A stretch of DNA of 64,000 nucleotides from Owenia fusiformis (lineage: Eukaryota): positions 1,798,001 to 1,862,000 of the forward strand of contig CAIIXF020000001.1 of NCBI GenBank assembly GCA_903813345.2, in the 5' to 3' direction. A model generated the notes under the pieces. It searched no databases and was not told the DNA's origin. It saw only the letters and a list, made by a program, of their open reading frames with translations. Positions 31,862-44,974 of the stretch are shown here, in pieces (position 1 is the stretch's first letter; each line of letters starts with the position of its first letter). A program made the position numbers and the translations under genes.

Positions 31862-34800
31862 TAAGTATGTAACGTCAATTGTCCCTATTGAATGATTATA
31901 GGGGGGGGGGGGGGTATAGAAGATGCTGATATGGCTACTCCCTATTAAACTATATTTGTTAGTTATAAGATTGACAGCATAGACTCAATTACCTGTTCCC
32001 CCTGGAAGGAATCCCTTAGCTGATAAAATGCTCATGTGCCTGCCTGGGTAAGCTATGCTGGACTAGACAGAGCTCATGCTTCAAGGCATCATTGGGATGT
32101 AAATTATTGTACTTTTAAGGATATATTAAATGAAATAATGAGCATACAAATGCAGACTGATGCATCTGACTAAGAATCGTAAGACCTTGACTTATAAAGA
32201 GAAATTCTTGATAAAATTTTAGAAAAAGAAAAATATAAAAACAAGAATTTAACATGAAGAAATGACCCTTTAGACTAACAAAGGCATCCAAAAAATTTTT
32301 TAAAAAAACAGTTGATCATTACAAAATTATAACATTATTCCATAATAGCATGTTTTCCCTGGGAAATAAACAGGGAATAGAATTGATATTCAAAAGATCC
32401 CATATTTTTGCTAGATTCCTATATCAGATCCCGTATTGGATCCTGTATCAGCCTAAATCACATATCAGATCCTATATCAGAACCATTCCCGGGGATTTCT
32501 CTTGATTTTTATGTTTCAGAAAAAAAACAATTTAATAAATAGGTTATTGATGGTGTTGGTGGAATATGAATTTTATTTATTTTATTCGCCTCGAGAACTA
32601 TCATATTAACACTTGGGCTATTGCCCTTAGTCAATATGATGTTTTCCTTGGCCAATATCATATTTTCCCTCAGAATAAAATTCATATTCCATCCCTCCCA
32701 TTAAATTACCTCTATATATCACACATACATTTTTAAAATGCAACTTTGAGAAGTATTAGTACTCATTATAGAATTTCTGATCTAATTGTGCCACCTTCAC
32801 TTTCTCATATTTCTAAGGGGTAGGGGTCAACAAAGCCATATTTAAAATTCCAAATAGTATTGTATCATTACATTCTTTATATTACAATTCCCCACATAGA
32901 TTGGAAATAATTTTAGATTACTTCTTAAAGCAGTATTGGTGCCAATTATTTCTCTGAAGCTGCAACAATAAAGTTGGCGAGACTAAAAAACGAATGAAAA
33001 TATGCTTATTTATTACTATAAATTGTGTTTTTGTCAAAACCGATCAACATATCTCCCTATAACTTTGGGAAACACTTGACTACAGTGCTAGCAACATAAT
33101 ATGTATAAATCAGTGCTATAGTTAATGCATAACTGATTTTATAGAATGATAATATAGTACCCCCCTGAAATATTATTCTAGGGGGGTAAAACTGCTCAGA
33201 ATCCTTCGTCCACAAACTAAAAAGACCCAGACATATATGAATTGATGCTAAATGAAGTCATCTTTCAGAAACATTATGTCTATCAAGTGGCCCTTGAACT
33301 TCCCAAAACCCATGCTATATCCTGGCCTAACTCGATGTCAATTGGTTTGAAAGGAGTCGCATTTTGATTAATTTCCGTTTCAATGAAATCATTTTTCAAC
33401 TGTTTAATCCTTTGTTAGTGTGCGTGTCTTGGAATGTACAAAATCATGTAAGCGTAGATATACAACTGTTTTTGTAAGTGTAAAACTGCAGAATCATGTA
33501 AGTGTATATGTACAAGTGTAAATCATAATGTATATGATCTGTAATTGTAAAACTTCAGAGTCATGAATGTGCATAATCATGAAATTTTAGATGTACTGAA
33601 TCATAAGTGTACATGTACAGGGTTATGTGTAATGTACAGGATCTTGGAGGACATGTAGTAATATATTAATATCTGGTGTGAATACATTACTGGTAAAACA
33701 GGCGCACAATACTTCTGGACAAGAAAACGGAAATTAGGGCAAAAGGATTGAAAAACTGTTTTAGATTTTCTGTATCCATGATAATGATTTAGGCTATACA
33801 ATTTAAATCTGGGATCTTCCTTTTTTCAGGTCTCTAAATCTCTTACTTGAGGCTTCTCATCCCAAACATGTAGTTATTATGTTTAATCCGAGACAAATAA
33901 TTTGATATCTGGCCATGAAATATTTTGGAACAATTGATTTGAAGAGGTGTTTTTTGATTTTCGCTAAATGTCTGATTTTAAGCTCCAGAAATGAAAAAAT
34001 GAAGCTTAAAAATGAGTGTCGTGCAATGAGATATTGAGCCCTGGGTAAAAGTAGGACGTCTTCACTTAATTATGGTGCTTCAGTGATAAAAAACTACAAA
34101 AAATGTAGTGCATCTTTGTGTATATTTACTTAGTAAAACCTGTTGATATTGTTTTGTAACATAGTAAATAAAAATACAATTTGTGTATTGATATTTGTTT
34201 TTGATTTATTTTTTTCTTGTTCCTATAACTTTACAATTATCATCACTCACAAACTCTGCACAGAGATACTCAATCTACATTACAGAGCCTCAAATACATA
34301 TTACAGTAAAATCTGTCTAATCGGAATGCCACCTGACTAACCAAAGGTGTTTGAATCGGCATGTGTTCACATTTTGAGGTTTTTAATCACAGGATAGTCA
34401 AAAGGTGCTAAGATATACAGATTTTGATATACTCTACCGATTGACTGAATGTCAAACTGTAAAAAGCAAGTTGTAATTAGAAGGTAGTGCTCTGAGAAAT
34501 GAATTCTGGGTTCAAATGTCGGTTCATAAAAAAATGAAACAATTAGACTCCCCCATCATCCTTGACAGTCTATTGCACAGACATTTGAATTGTTAGAGAC
34601 CAGTGCTCTATTTACATTTAAATGACGATTCCAATATAATGATTTCCTTCTATGTTTCATTGTAAATTTGGCTAAGGCACAATCAAATTTTCTGATTTCT
34701 GACATTTTTGCCTATTTTCAATTTTCAGAATCTGCTTTGTTGATTTCTCAGCAATACAATAGACATGATTCTTAAAACTGTTTACCATAAAATTCTGACA

Positions 34801-35714
34801 AACTAATGTGTGTGCCATAAATATGTTATAGTTTATCATTGCACAAATGTCACAATTTTCCCTTTTAATTAGTGTTATAAATAGGGGTGAGACGACAACC
34901 CAAAACCCTGAGGGTTGAGGCTTCATGTTGACCCTAATTGATTCCCGAGCTGATGAATCAAATCATTTCGGGTTGAGTAAAAATTGGAGAAAAAAGAAAT
35001 CAAATAGAATATAAGATCAATAAAATAAACATTCTACTTTGGATTGCCTTGAATATACAATGTAATATTTTTTCCATGAATTTAACATATCTGCATTGAA
35101 TTATATGTTGCCTGTACTTTTAAATGAAAGAATATACATGTAATGTTTGCAATGAAATTGGAATAAACTTGTGAATTTTTTTTTTTTCATTTCATTAGCT
35201 ATTGTTGATTAATGCATGAAAAATCATCTGAATAAATCATCATAGTCATCAAACCTGACCGAATCAGAATCTCAACCCTAATTATAAAAGTAAACTACAT
35301 GTAATCAATATGTTGAGAAAACCTATTTTCCTTAACCAAAAATTTCTCAACAGTGCTTCAAGTTTGGGACTCAATATTTTTGTGCACTAAGGCCTTTCAC
35401 AGATCTTAAAATCTGCCCCAAGCTGCAAAAATGGCACCTACCATTCTACAAACTACACATAAATGGTCAGATGGTCAGTTGTGACAAAATCCTCAACATG
35501 ATCAGTTAATCAACAGGGTTAGATTACAGTATTACTGTATTATTACCATATATTAACCAAATAAAATATTTCAAAACAACCAGGAAGTGATCACAAGAGT
35601 TACAACTAGCTATCTTGTATACTCAAGCTACATGCATGAACCTCAACCATTCTTTGGTTGTCCCCTAAAAGTTTCAAACTTACTACTCAAATATCCTGGA
35701 GCATAATATTATTA

Positions 35715-36280
35715 CCAATTCAAACATGACCGTGCTCTATTCGAATTTCTCAACCAATCAGAATGCAGCATAGCCAATATAGAACGTTCTCTAATTCTCC
35801 ATAGATGCACGACCATGCTCTATTCAATCTGCAATTTGCATTGTTTTGAGTGACGTCACATCTCAGCTGCACATCTGGGGCTCTGTCCGGGGATAGCTGT
35901 TCTTTTTTACTCCCTCCGTAACTACTGTAACTATATTTTATCAACACCCCCAGATGTTTGCATACACCGTATAAAATCTAAAACGGGGAGTAAAATAGAA
36001 CAGCCCAAACAAATTCTAAAATTTTTCCGGCCGACTTCAGGATCTTGACAGCATGCGTATTCTTCCTTCATGCCCGTTCCACAGACACGGCTTTTACTAA
36101 TTTTTATGTTTGAATCGGAATAAATAATGATAGGCCATTCAATATGGTGAAATTCAGCACTCGTTGGACAGAATGTTAGTACAAATGCACTCACCTTCGG
36201 TTCGTGCTTTGTACAACATTCTGTCCAACTCGTGCTGAATTTCACCATATTGAATGGCCTACCATTATTTATTCCTTAAT
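35715..36280. mobile_element. Non-autonomous interspersed element ending in a 159-nt hairpin (second, rearranged copy at about 48110-48720)
   Basis: Blocks shared with the 48.1-48.7 kb copy: GATAGGCCATTCAATATGGTGAAATTCAGCAC, TCTCTAATTCTCCATAGATGCA and AATTCAAACATGACC. Near-perfect inverted repeat at 36117-36275. Confidence 0.7.
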
Positions 36281-36507
36281 TCAGTCCATGCTAGTCATAT
36301 CGTATCAATAATATTGCATCAGAATACTGGAGCCAATCTCCTTAGGTCCATATGTACCTCTATGTAAGTGACCTAAGTAGCAATTTTCACTAAGACAATT
36401 AGATATATCATTGGAAATCATCTTATTCTCTTGAGAGATTATTTGATCAGAGCAATGTTCTAAGCAGCAACACCCAGAAGGCCAGAACAGCTCCATGAGG
36501 GAGGGAT

Positions 36508-37932
36508 TTACCACTTTATCCCTAGGGCATTAGTTTCTTTCTCGATGGCGTGATACTGCGTATGCAGCATCTTGAGAGCTTTATCAGAATTTCTACCCCC
36601 TAGCCACGTAGCATAGAGCTGATCCAACTCATCGCTACCACACTCCAATGTGGCATCATTTTCATCATATACACCCTCCACTTCAGCTAAAAGCTCCTTC
36701 TGGGTAACACCCTCCTCTGGCCTCAACTGTGCCCCACCATTCAGGCACCCAGAGGGACATGCCATAACTTCAACAAAATGGTAGTTACATTTTCCTCGTT
36801 TAACCTTTTGTACTATGTTTTGTATGTTACGGAAGCCGTAAGCAATGGCAAACTTCAGCTCCACTTTGCCATCAATTTCAAGTGTGACTTCTTTGAAGTC
36901 GTTGTTCCGCATTGTTTTATACTTAAGGTCTCCAGTAGTGTGCCCATAGATCTCTTTAGCTGCATGTTTCATAACATGTTCAAGGTACCCTCCGGAACCA
37001 TTATTGGGGTGGTTCATGGCGCTACCCTGTCGACCATATATGGAATCAAGAGGCGCCGGGATGACATCACCCAGTTGTATTCCTTCTCTTTTAAACATTT
37101 CATCCACCTCTAGTGTAGATAACACACAATCCACATCTCTTGTACTGTACAAGTCGTCATAGAAATCCTGACGCGATGCTTCTAGCTTTTTGTCATAACA
37201 AGGCATGACAGTCACATGATACACCTGGTCTGGTTTTCTCCCTCCTCCCAAGTGGTCCTTTGTTAGCGATCCCATTATCTGTTGCGGGGATTTTGTAGAG
37301 CTTATATAAGGCAATATATAAGAGCCATGTGTCTTTTCTGCATAGCACACCCAACCAGGGCAAGCTGATGCTAACATGGGCAGGGCAGTTTTGTCAGTTT
37401 CCTTATCTTGGTACCTCCTTATGAACTCATGTCCACTTTCAACCAGGCTTAAATCCCTAGCTTGGGCTACATCATACACAGCACTGGCACCAAGCTGCTT
37501 GAAAAAACCTGATATTTTCTCTATTGCTTCATTTGCATTTAGCTTATATTTCACTGCAAGTGAGGCTTTAGACTGAGGAGATATCGAAATAACGACATAT
37601 TTGCATTCGTCTGATTTTCCCTGTTCAAGTAAGATTTTGTTCGAGTTCAAAATCTTGTACAACTCTTCTTGGCTTTGTTGCGTGATAAGGACGCTCTCGG
37701 CAGAAGTGATACATCCGCTACAAGCTAAACAGTCATTGAGCGTAATCGTTGCTTTTTCAAGCTTCACCTCCCCGCCATCTATACCAATCTGGCTATATTC
37801 ACCATCATCCCCGATTTTAATGGCAGCTGTTTTACCAGACTTCTTAGTCACTTTAACAGGTTTTATACACTCTTGAGATGGAGTGATGAAATCATCGAGG
37901 TCTGTGAGCTGAAGAGCTCCGCTAAATGCCAT
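36508..37932 (-). CDS. CIAO3: Cytosolic iron-sulfur assembly component 3 (NARFL/IOP1/Nar1), 474 aa, intronless ORF
   Basis: [103 protein letters not shown] and a C-terminal IKW. All are Nar1/NARFL hallmarks. Confidence 0.97.
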   Translation of the reverse strand: MAFSGALQLTDLDDFITPSQECIKPVKVTKKSGKTAAIKIGDDGEYSQIGIDGGEVKLEKATITLNDCLACSGCITSAESVLITQQSQEELYKILNSNKILLEQGKSDECKYVVISISPQSKASLAVKYKLNANEAIEKISGFFKQLGASAVYDVAQARDLSLVESGHEFIRRYQDKETDKTALPMLASACPGWVCYAEKTHGSYILPYISSTKSPQQIMGSLTKDHLGGGRKPDQVYHVTVMPCYDKKLEASRQDFYDDLYSTRDVDCVLSTLEVDEMFKREGIQLGDVIPAPLDSIYGRQGSAMNHPNNGSGGYLEHVMKHAAKEIYGHTTGDLKYKTMRNNDFKEVTLEIDGKVELKFAIAYGFRNIQNIVQKVKRGKCNYHFVEVMACPSGCLNGGAQLRPEEGVTQKELLAEVEGVYDENDATLECGSDELDQLYATWLGGRNSDKALKMLHTQYHAIEKETNALGIKW

Positions 37933-38043
37933 CTTAATGCTGCAGTCAAAACGAACAATTTTTTATAAAATGGAGTCTGTAATTACAGTCAATTGCTGAG
38001 TGTCTCAGAAATACTGATTATGTTCCTATTAATCCTCTACTGT

Positions 38044-39396
38044 TTATTTTCTACTGCTGAAGGTTTCAAGATCAGTTACTGAAAAATATGCAAGAAAGTG
38101 TTATGATTAGAGTATGTTTATAATCAAATCTACAAATGGATTGTACCACTGACTTCTAACGAATTTTGATTTATGGTACACAAAGTCCATGTAAACAAAG
38201 TTAGATGAAGCAGAATTGTTATGTTATTACAATGTACTAAAGGTCATCGTGTTCTAAGAACAGAGCAAGGGATCTTCATTCTTCAATGTCAAAACAATTA
38301 ACTTAAAGGCCTCATGGGTAGCATAAGGACTTGATAAGTGCAGAAGCAACTGACAATGAGCAAAATGAACCATTAGTGGGAAGAATAAGAATTGCACTCA
38401 AGTTTCATTTTCATTTTTCCTAAGAACGTCTTAAAAGCACAATAATGTACAATACCATTATGTATGTACTAATAAATTGATTAAAATTCTCACTTTTCTT
38501 GTTGAGCTCCTTCAATTCTTGCATTTCACTCTTCAGCTTTAACCTCAGCACGTGTCTTAATAATTCCTCCCTTAAAGCAAAAGAATCAAGAATTAAGGGG
38601 TGGTGTCAAAATCTTTACAGTTGTGGAAGAACAAATTGAATTAAAGTCATTATCCCTAACAATACAGGTTCTATGGCAGCTATATTATAAATGTCATCTG
38701 TATAATTTATCAGTAAAATAGAATTCTCATTATCTAAAATTCTCAAACAAAAATTTTATTTTGATTCAAAAATCTGTGAAATCAAAAATGGCCACTGATA
38801 GAGTTACTGTTACTGTTTTTAAATCCAAGAGCCCACGACACCGAACAAGAAATAATTGGAGCAACTTCATGAATTTTGGCAGTAATTGAAAGATCTAAAA
38901 TATCATTTCGATCTAAATTATTTCTGGATCAGATATTTACCTATGTGATGGATCTGTTATTCCCATACGCTGGAGTTTATTATCGTTTAACCTGATTAGC
39001 ACCCGACCTGTAAAATGGATAAAAATAATTTGAAACTGAATAACTGTTATATCTCATATGTGTTCATTACAATTATAACAAATTGACAGGAATAGGATTG
39101 TTTTTAAACTGTTTCACTGGACAAAACAAAGTTGTTTTCATGTTTCTTGTCCAAATAAAATCGTCATTGATAGATAAAAATTGGGCCAAACCAATTTTTC
39201 TGAAAAAAATATAAGTTTTTTGTCATTTACCTGTTATACCGTTGTCCAAAAATAAGTTGCCGTAAAGCTCGTGATATGGTCCAGTATGTTTTTTCATCCA
39301 CTTATTGACATCTGCCGCTAACCAGAAATATAGTGGCTTGAACTTTCCCTTGGCTCGCTTGCCAGATCCCGAACTCGTGCTGTCTTTTGATTTTGA
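38044..39396 (-). CDS. ave: SAM-domain protein of the Aveugle/SAMD10/SAMD12 family (core coding exons 39396-39231, 39007-38941, 38570-38494, 38078-38044)
   Basis: Not in the ORF track. Spliced translation: SKSKDSTSSGSGKRAKGKFKPLYFWLAADVNKWMKKHTGPYHELYGNLFLDNGITGRVLIRLNDNKLQRMGITDPSHREELLRHVLRLKLKSEMQELKELNKKITDLETFSSRK*. It matches the family pattern KP..W...DV.KW..H..ITGR.L.RL.D..L.RMGI...R. Introns are GT-AG with compatible phases. The last exon is the least certain. Confidence 0.88.
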
Positions 39397-42292
39397 CTGG
39401 AAGCAAACAAAGCATGAGGATATTATATACAGGGTGACACAATAATGGAAACCATGTACAAGGCATTAACATGCAAAATGTCACCACCTGCCACTTGCTA
39501 CAGATGTCAAATGCTAACTGCCACCCAACCAAACACCATCCACAAAAAAGTTGGAGACTATAACAATATGTGATATAATAAAAATGTTCATATAGCCTTT
39601 GAGAGCTACATGAAGAGTTTCATCATCAACATTGCCTTATTAGAGGCATCTGCCGATCACAGGCATCCAGAACTCGTACCTCCTTCTTCCAAAAGAAGAA
39701 GGAAGGAACTTAGTGGATGACGTCTGGAACCCTGCGTTCGGAGAATGCATTAGAGGAAGCTCTGGAATAATATAAAAATCATAGGTGCATGGAACATCAG
39801 TGTTTCCTGCGATGAACACTGTCTCAACATATGCAAATTCAAACAGTTCCTTCCTTAAAGACAGTATCATTCTAAAATATAGGGTTGCATTTTTTGTATC
39901 ACCTTGTATAATATCAACATTATAAAGATTATTTCATAATTACATGAACAATTCTGAACACAACTTTCCAAGTCACGCAAGTTTAAATATTATGAAACTC
40001 AAACCCTTTGTTAGTCATTTGACCAAAACACCCATTGTAAACTGAAGAGCATATTTTTCTGGTAAAGGCAAGCAACTTCACAACTGTAATACTTAGAAGA
40101 TTAGATGTAACTTATTATGAAGATTAAGATTAAGTGAGAGACTTTGTTGCAGATTATTAGAGAGGAACTATTTTAGTACTCCCAAATTGCTGAGCAAAAT
40201 GGGAAAATTTGTGTCATCTGAGATGTATAATGTAACCATTATATATGAATGGGATGAAAGTAGACCCCATGGCTTTTATTCTAATGTTGCTAAAACATGA
40301 CTTGTTGTATGATAAGGGCTATATATTAAATAAAACAACTTTCATTAGTTTCAAGTTGTGCCAATTTCCTGATCCTTCATGTTCCTTGCGGCTACACGTA
40401 TTCACTGCATGTATTATAGACACTGGGTCAAGTATGCGACCAATTACTGATTCAAGTATATTAGTATTAGTAGTAAAGTATGTCCAGGATGGTGATAAAC
40501 AATAACTCAGATGCGAGTAGATAGTTTCCAGTTTCACCACCAGGTGGCTCATTCGGGTCAGATAGCATGGCAGGTATTGTAGAAAGTTCCCTTTAACTTA
40601 AATATTTATTAGTTTTAGTGGTTCAAATTTCATATCACCCTTATGTATCTAATATCTAATGCAAATTAAAATATGTCCAGGAAAAGAAAATATTATCTGT
40701 CCAATACAAGAAAAGATATTTCGAAACCATACTTCTAGATGTACTTTTACATGTAGATTTCAAATATGACATCACTTTGAATTTTGAATATTTAATGATG
40801 TAAATCAAGATTATTTCTACTCTCATCTAGTGATCTAGTCTATTCAATTTTGACCAACATGTTTTGAATTATCAACACTGTTAGCACGAAACATCCTTCT
40901 CGTTCACTGTTCTAAATTATCCCACTTCACCCTTGTTCACGTGTGCAAAATTGATTGAATAATACATCAACAGCCATGACAGAGTGAGCTTATCAACATA
41001 TTGATTTAATGCCCAAATATGGAAATGTAATGTTCCAAAATTTACTCCAGAGATGAAAAAACAATCATAGACAAGAAGCAATCTCAAGCAATCTCATTAT
41101 TTAGACATTACTTTACACCCCAACTGTGCCATAATCGATCAAACTTTCTATAATATTGTTACATTTTATGATCAACTCAGAAGATAGAATTTGATACAAG
41201 GTGCTGATCTACTACAATGGATATATTCTCATATAATATATTGGGCAATAAACTAAAGCGAATTGATCCACCTAGCAAGTCATTAGATTTAACCTTTAAG
41301 AAAAAGGATCAAATAAGCTTCAGGGGAAACATGTTTTTGTGACACATATCAACTTGTTGTAATAATACAATCTGTAAAGCAAAGCATGTGTCTCATCCTC
41401 AAGTTATTTGTTTGAACAACTTTGGATAAAATCATGAATTTATTTCATTTATAGAAACAATAATACAAAGCTGAATAATGTTCATAAATTCTTTTTATCA
41501 ACTCAATGTCTTATAGTTCATGGTCTTTACACTAAATAAAAAATAATGAATTTCGACATTTTCCTTATTTTGAAGGACAACTAGTCCTATAAACTGTAAA
41601 AGAATGAATGTTGTTTTCACATGGAAAATACAGACATTCTTCAGCTTATGTAAGCAATTCTTTTTGGCACCTTTTGGTGAAAAATTACCATATTTCAAAC
41701 CCGGATTTCAAAATTAAATTAAGGATTACACCAGGATGTTCAACAGTTTAATGGTGAACCATATTTTTTGAAAGTTTAATGATCTCTATTTGAGTGAAAG
41801 GGAAGAGTTGTGAGCAAATCTAAGTGAGGAACATCATCTTCAACTAAAGTGTAAATACTCTGAAGATTATTCGTCACATTATTTTCCAATAATAACAGAA
41901 ATCATCATCTAGTAGGCAGTAATATTCAGTCGTCACATGGTATATGCTGCACCGTAAAATTCACAAGTCAACAGACTTGCACTTGCGACAAACCTTTGAA
42001 AAAGTCGGCATTGATTTACTTGGAAGACATTGCTGGAAGGTATAAATATTGCAATCCGGATATTGCAGGATCTAAATTCAAAGCTATCATTAGAAATAAG
42101 ATATAATTCGCTTAAAGGGTGTTATTGTTATTTGAATGTAATCAATGTTTATTATGACAAAAATGAAGCCAAGATATTGTTATGATACACTCCATTATGA
42201 CATCATTAGCATTATTACTTCAAATATAATTATTCAAAAACATTTCTCCATTTGTTCATAATGTAGGATCTTTCAACTCTGACAAGTCGCCT

Positions 42293-42580
42293 GGTTGGTT
42301 GGTTGGTTGGTTGGTTGGTTGAGGTGACTCCATGTGATGCCTCAATCAAACAGCCAAATCAACTATATACCCATCATGGTAAGCCACATCATCTCTATCT
42401 CTATCCTTCTGGATGCAACAGAGAGAGATGCTATGAGTATCAGAATGCTATATACCCTCAATCCGCACTCTGAAATCACGATACCGTATCATATCGTAGC
42501 CAGAACAGTATCATATGGTACTCTTGGAGATTGGCTGTGTATCCAATTGTCTCCCAAAGGTCTTCATCAAGTACGTAAGG
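42293..42580 (-). repeat. Interspersed repeat with a (GGTT)n tract, possibly a SINE tail; related fragment at about 48310-48420
   Basis: (GGTT)7 at 42293-42320. GATGCTATGAGTATCAGAATG also occurs inverted near 48350-48370. Confidence 0.55.
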
Positions 42581-44508
42581 TGTAGCCCTTGCACCCTTTT
42601 ATGATCATTCTTTCATCTTATTTTCTTTCGAAAGTAATTTCCTCTTTTTCAGACCACCAAATGTGATAGCTTTTAATGAAGAATGATTATATTTCGAATT
42701 GAACTGTTGAGTGAGAACTCATATTATTAAGATCAATTTAGCAATTTATGGTATCAGTTAAAGAATGTCTTTCTGTCTTTTACAGATTTCGGCCAAAATA
42801 AAATCATCCATGCAAGATAGCAGTATGTAAATACCAAACTTGAGGTAGGACCTGATCCATTGGCCAAACTGTTGATTTGTTTGAAAATTGTACAGTATAT
42901 AATATTAATATATCTACACGATGCACACATTTTAGAGCAAGAAGAACAATTGCATTGTTTTTCTAGAGTTTAATATCTCGAATAGGACTACTTATGTAGG
43001 ATTTGACATTTACGACATTAAAAAGGATCAACCTTCTGGGAAAAGATCAACACCCCCGACAAGATCAATAGCAATCAACAATCAGAATGCAATTTTTACA
43101 ACTAAATAATTCATATTACATACCTTTCATTTCATATCAAGTTTCAGCAGTTATAGTTTAATATGCAGCAATTAGATAATTCATCATTGATCAATCCAAT
43201 AGAAAAAAAAACAAATAAAAATTCCTTCCATAATTATACAAATATACAAATATAGAACACTCATAAAGAGCCCCTTTATTGTTCTGATCCTTACAATAAT
43301 ATTTCTTAGGAACAATGTTTCAGAATAAACTACAAAATTACATAGGCTCAAAACCATTATTTTTACACAATACACTGTAGATGTATATAGTTTTGGAAGG
43401 ATAAAGCGCTAGGTCTTAGCCTTTATCAAATGTTCAATCATCTAAATTAATCATAACTTCATTATAGAATGTGGTTGTTAAATGTCAGTAGTAGGATTTT
43501 GAAAATGGTACCAATGAGTTGGCCCATTTGGTGAAAAGGAAAATGTCATAATTTGGAAAATATTTGGTTACGTCACCCTGAGATAGGACTTAATTTAGCA
43601 AAAATGCCAGATACCAGCAAAAATGATAAAACCTGGGAATTTGACACTGATATTTTTCAACATCATCAGTTGCAATATTTATTATATGATCTGGAAACAC
43701 TTTGAATGATATAGTGTCATCTCTTATGAAATATGATATGTTAATGATAAAATGTGAGCCCCTTAACATGGAGATGAGCATTAGTTAAGACAAATGGAAG
43801 TTCCCATTTGTCCAAAATCTCTCAATATATACAGCTTTGTGTACTTTTGAGTTCGAGTAATAAAACCATACTGTGACATCTAACCACAAAGATCAATCAA
43901 AATAACATTTTTTAAAATTAATCTTGTTACACTTCATTTTCATTTTCATTAATGTGTTCCCCTTCTTAATGGCCTTAATATTCAAGTCATGGTAGGTAGG
44001 TGTAAAATCTATTTTTGATAAAAAAAAGTGGTTTCCAGAGGCTCATCGTGTGAGCAAAAAATGACTGGATAATAAAACATATTCAAAATCACCCTGGCAA
44101 TGAAATACTATATGTGAATGTCAATTGGATAAATGACAAATCATCACAAAAAACTTTTAAATGCTTTTAAAAGCCATTATTGGTTGCATCCGCAGTCTGC
44201 GGTGCTATCTCAAGTGTGATATAAAGAACGACCCCATAAATCAGAATATGATAATTTGGGTCTCTGTTGGCAATTTCTGCTTCATCATATGCTTAAAGTC
44301 CAATTATAAACAGTTAAATATGCCTCATGAGTAAATTTGGATGATGAAATAGGTGAGATAATACTTATAATATTCTGTGCGGAATCGTCGATTGATTAAA
44401 TTAAGTCAGTAATTCATGACATTGGGTTAGTTAGTCATGGATAGTTGGTGTTAAGAATAGTACATTTAGTTATAAAGTGCAGATTAGATAATCCCAGATT
44501 TTGGACAT

Positions 44509-44933
44509 AACTAGCTTCACAGGTAATATTGACTATGTCTCCTGTGCCCCTTGGTATCAGCATATTAATTTTGAACCAAATTCATCCACTGGTACTTGAA
44601 TTATCAAAGATGATGTTTTTACAAAAAATGGCAAGCATTTTGAAGGAAGGAATCAGCACATAAAATTTGAACCAAATCCATCAACTAGTATTTGAGTTAT
44701 CAAACATTAAATTTTTTACGAAAAATGACCATTTTGAATTGAGCGGCCAGATTGAAAATTACTTCTCGAGCACAGGTCCTACACCCATAAGGTATAAGCC
44801 TATAAAATTTGAACTAAATTTGTCATTTGTATTTGAGTTATCACCCGGACAGATGGACAAACGGACAAACAAATGGATGGATGGACAGATGGCTTTCCTA
44901 TATCCCTCTCGAACTTCGTTCAGTGGAATAATA
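44509..44933 (+). mobile_element. Helentron-associated (HINE/DINE-1-like) non-autonomous element
   Basis: AACTAG start, internal repeated core (AAATTTGAAC...TATTTGAGTTATC), a GGAC/GGAT-type microsatellite and a short 3' hairpin (CGAACTTCGTTC). Confidence 0.55.
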
Positions 44934-44974
44934 ACTTTAAAAGATCCCTCACCCTGACCATAATAAGTACTTAC

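Larger units (their letters stand above)
24928..33327. mobile_element. 8.4-kb non-autonomous long-TIR DNA element (TA flanks, GGCC termini) with nested insertions; superfamily unassigned
   Basis: TA|GGCCAGGATATAGCATGGGTTTTGGGAAG ... CTTCCCAAAACCCATGCTATATCCTGGCC|TA. The outer 280 bp or so are nearly identical, and similarity continues with more divergence to about 25700 / 32760. Confidence 0.9.

Noticed and set aside
36508-37932. Horizontally acquired bacterial [FeFe]-hydrogenase
   Set aside because: The N-terminal [17 protein letters not shown] and the C-terminal W mark a eukaryotic Nar1/NARFL protein, not a hydrogenase.
37933-38046. Stop-codon readthrough from the SAM gene into CIAO3 (the 111-nt spacer is a multiple of 3)
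   Set aside because: A second in-frame TAA follows four codons later (ACA GTA GAG GAT TAA).
39640-39870. Additional coding exon of the SAM gene at about 39680-39760
   Set aside because: Splice-like sites exist, but the only open frame ends in phase 2, which is incompatible with the phase-0 exon at 39396. It could still be non-coding.
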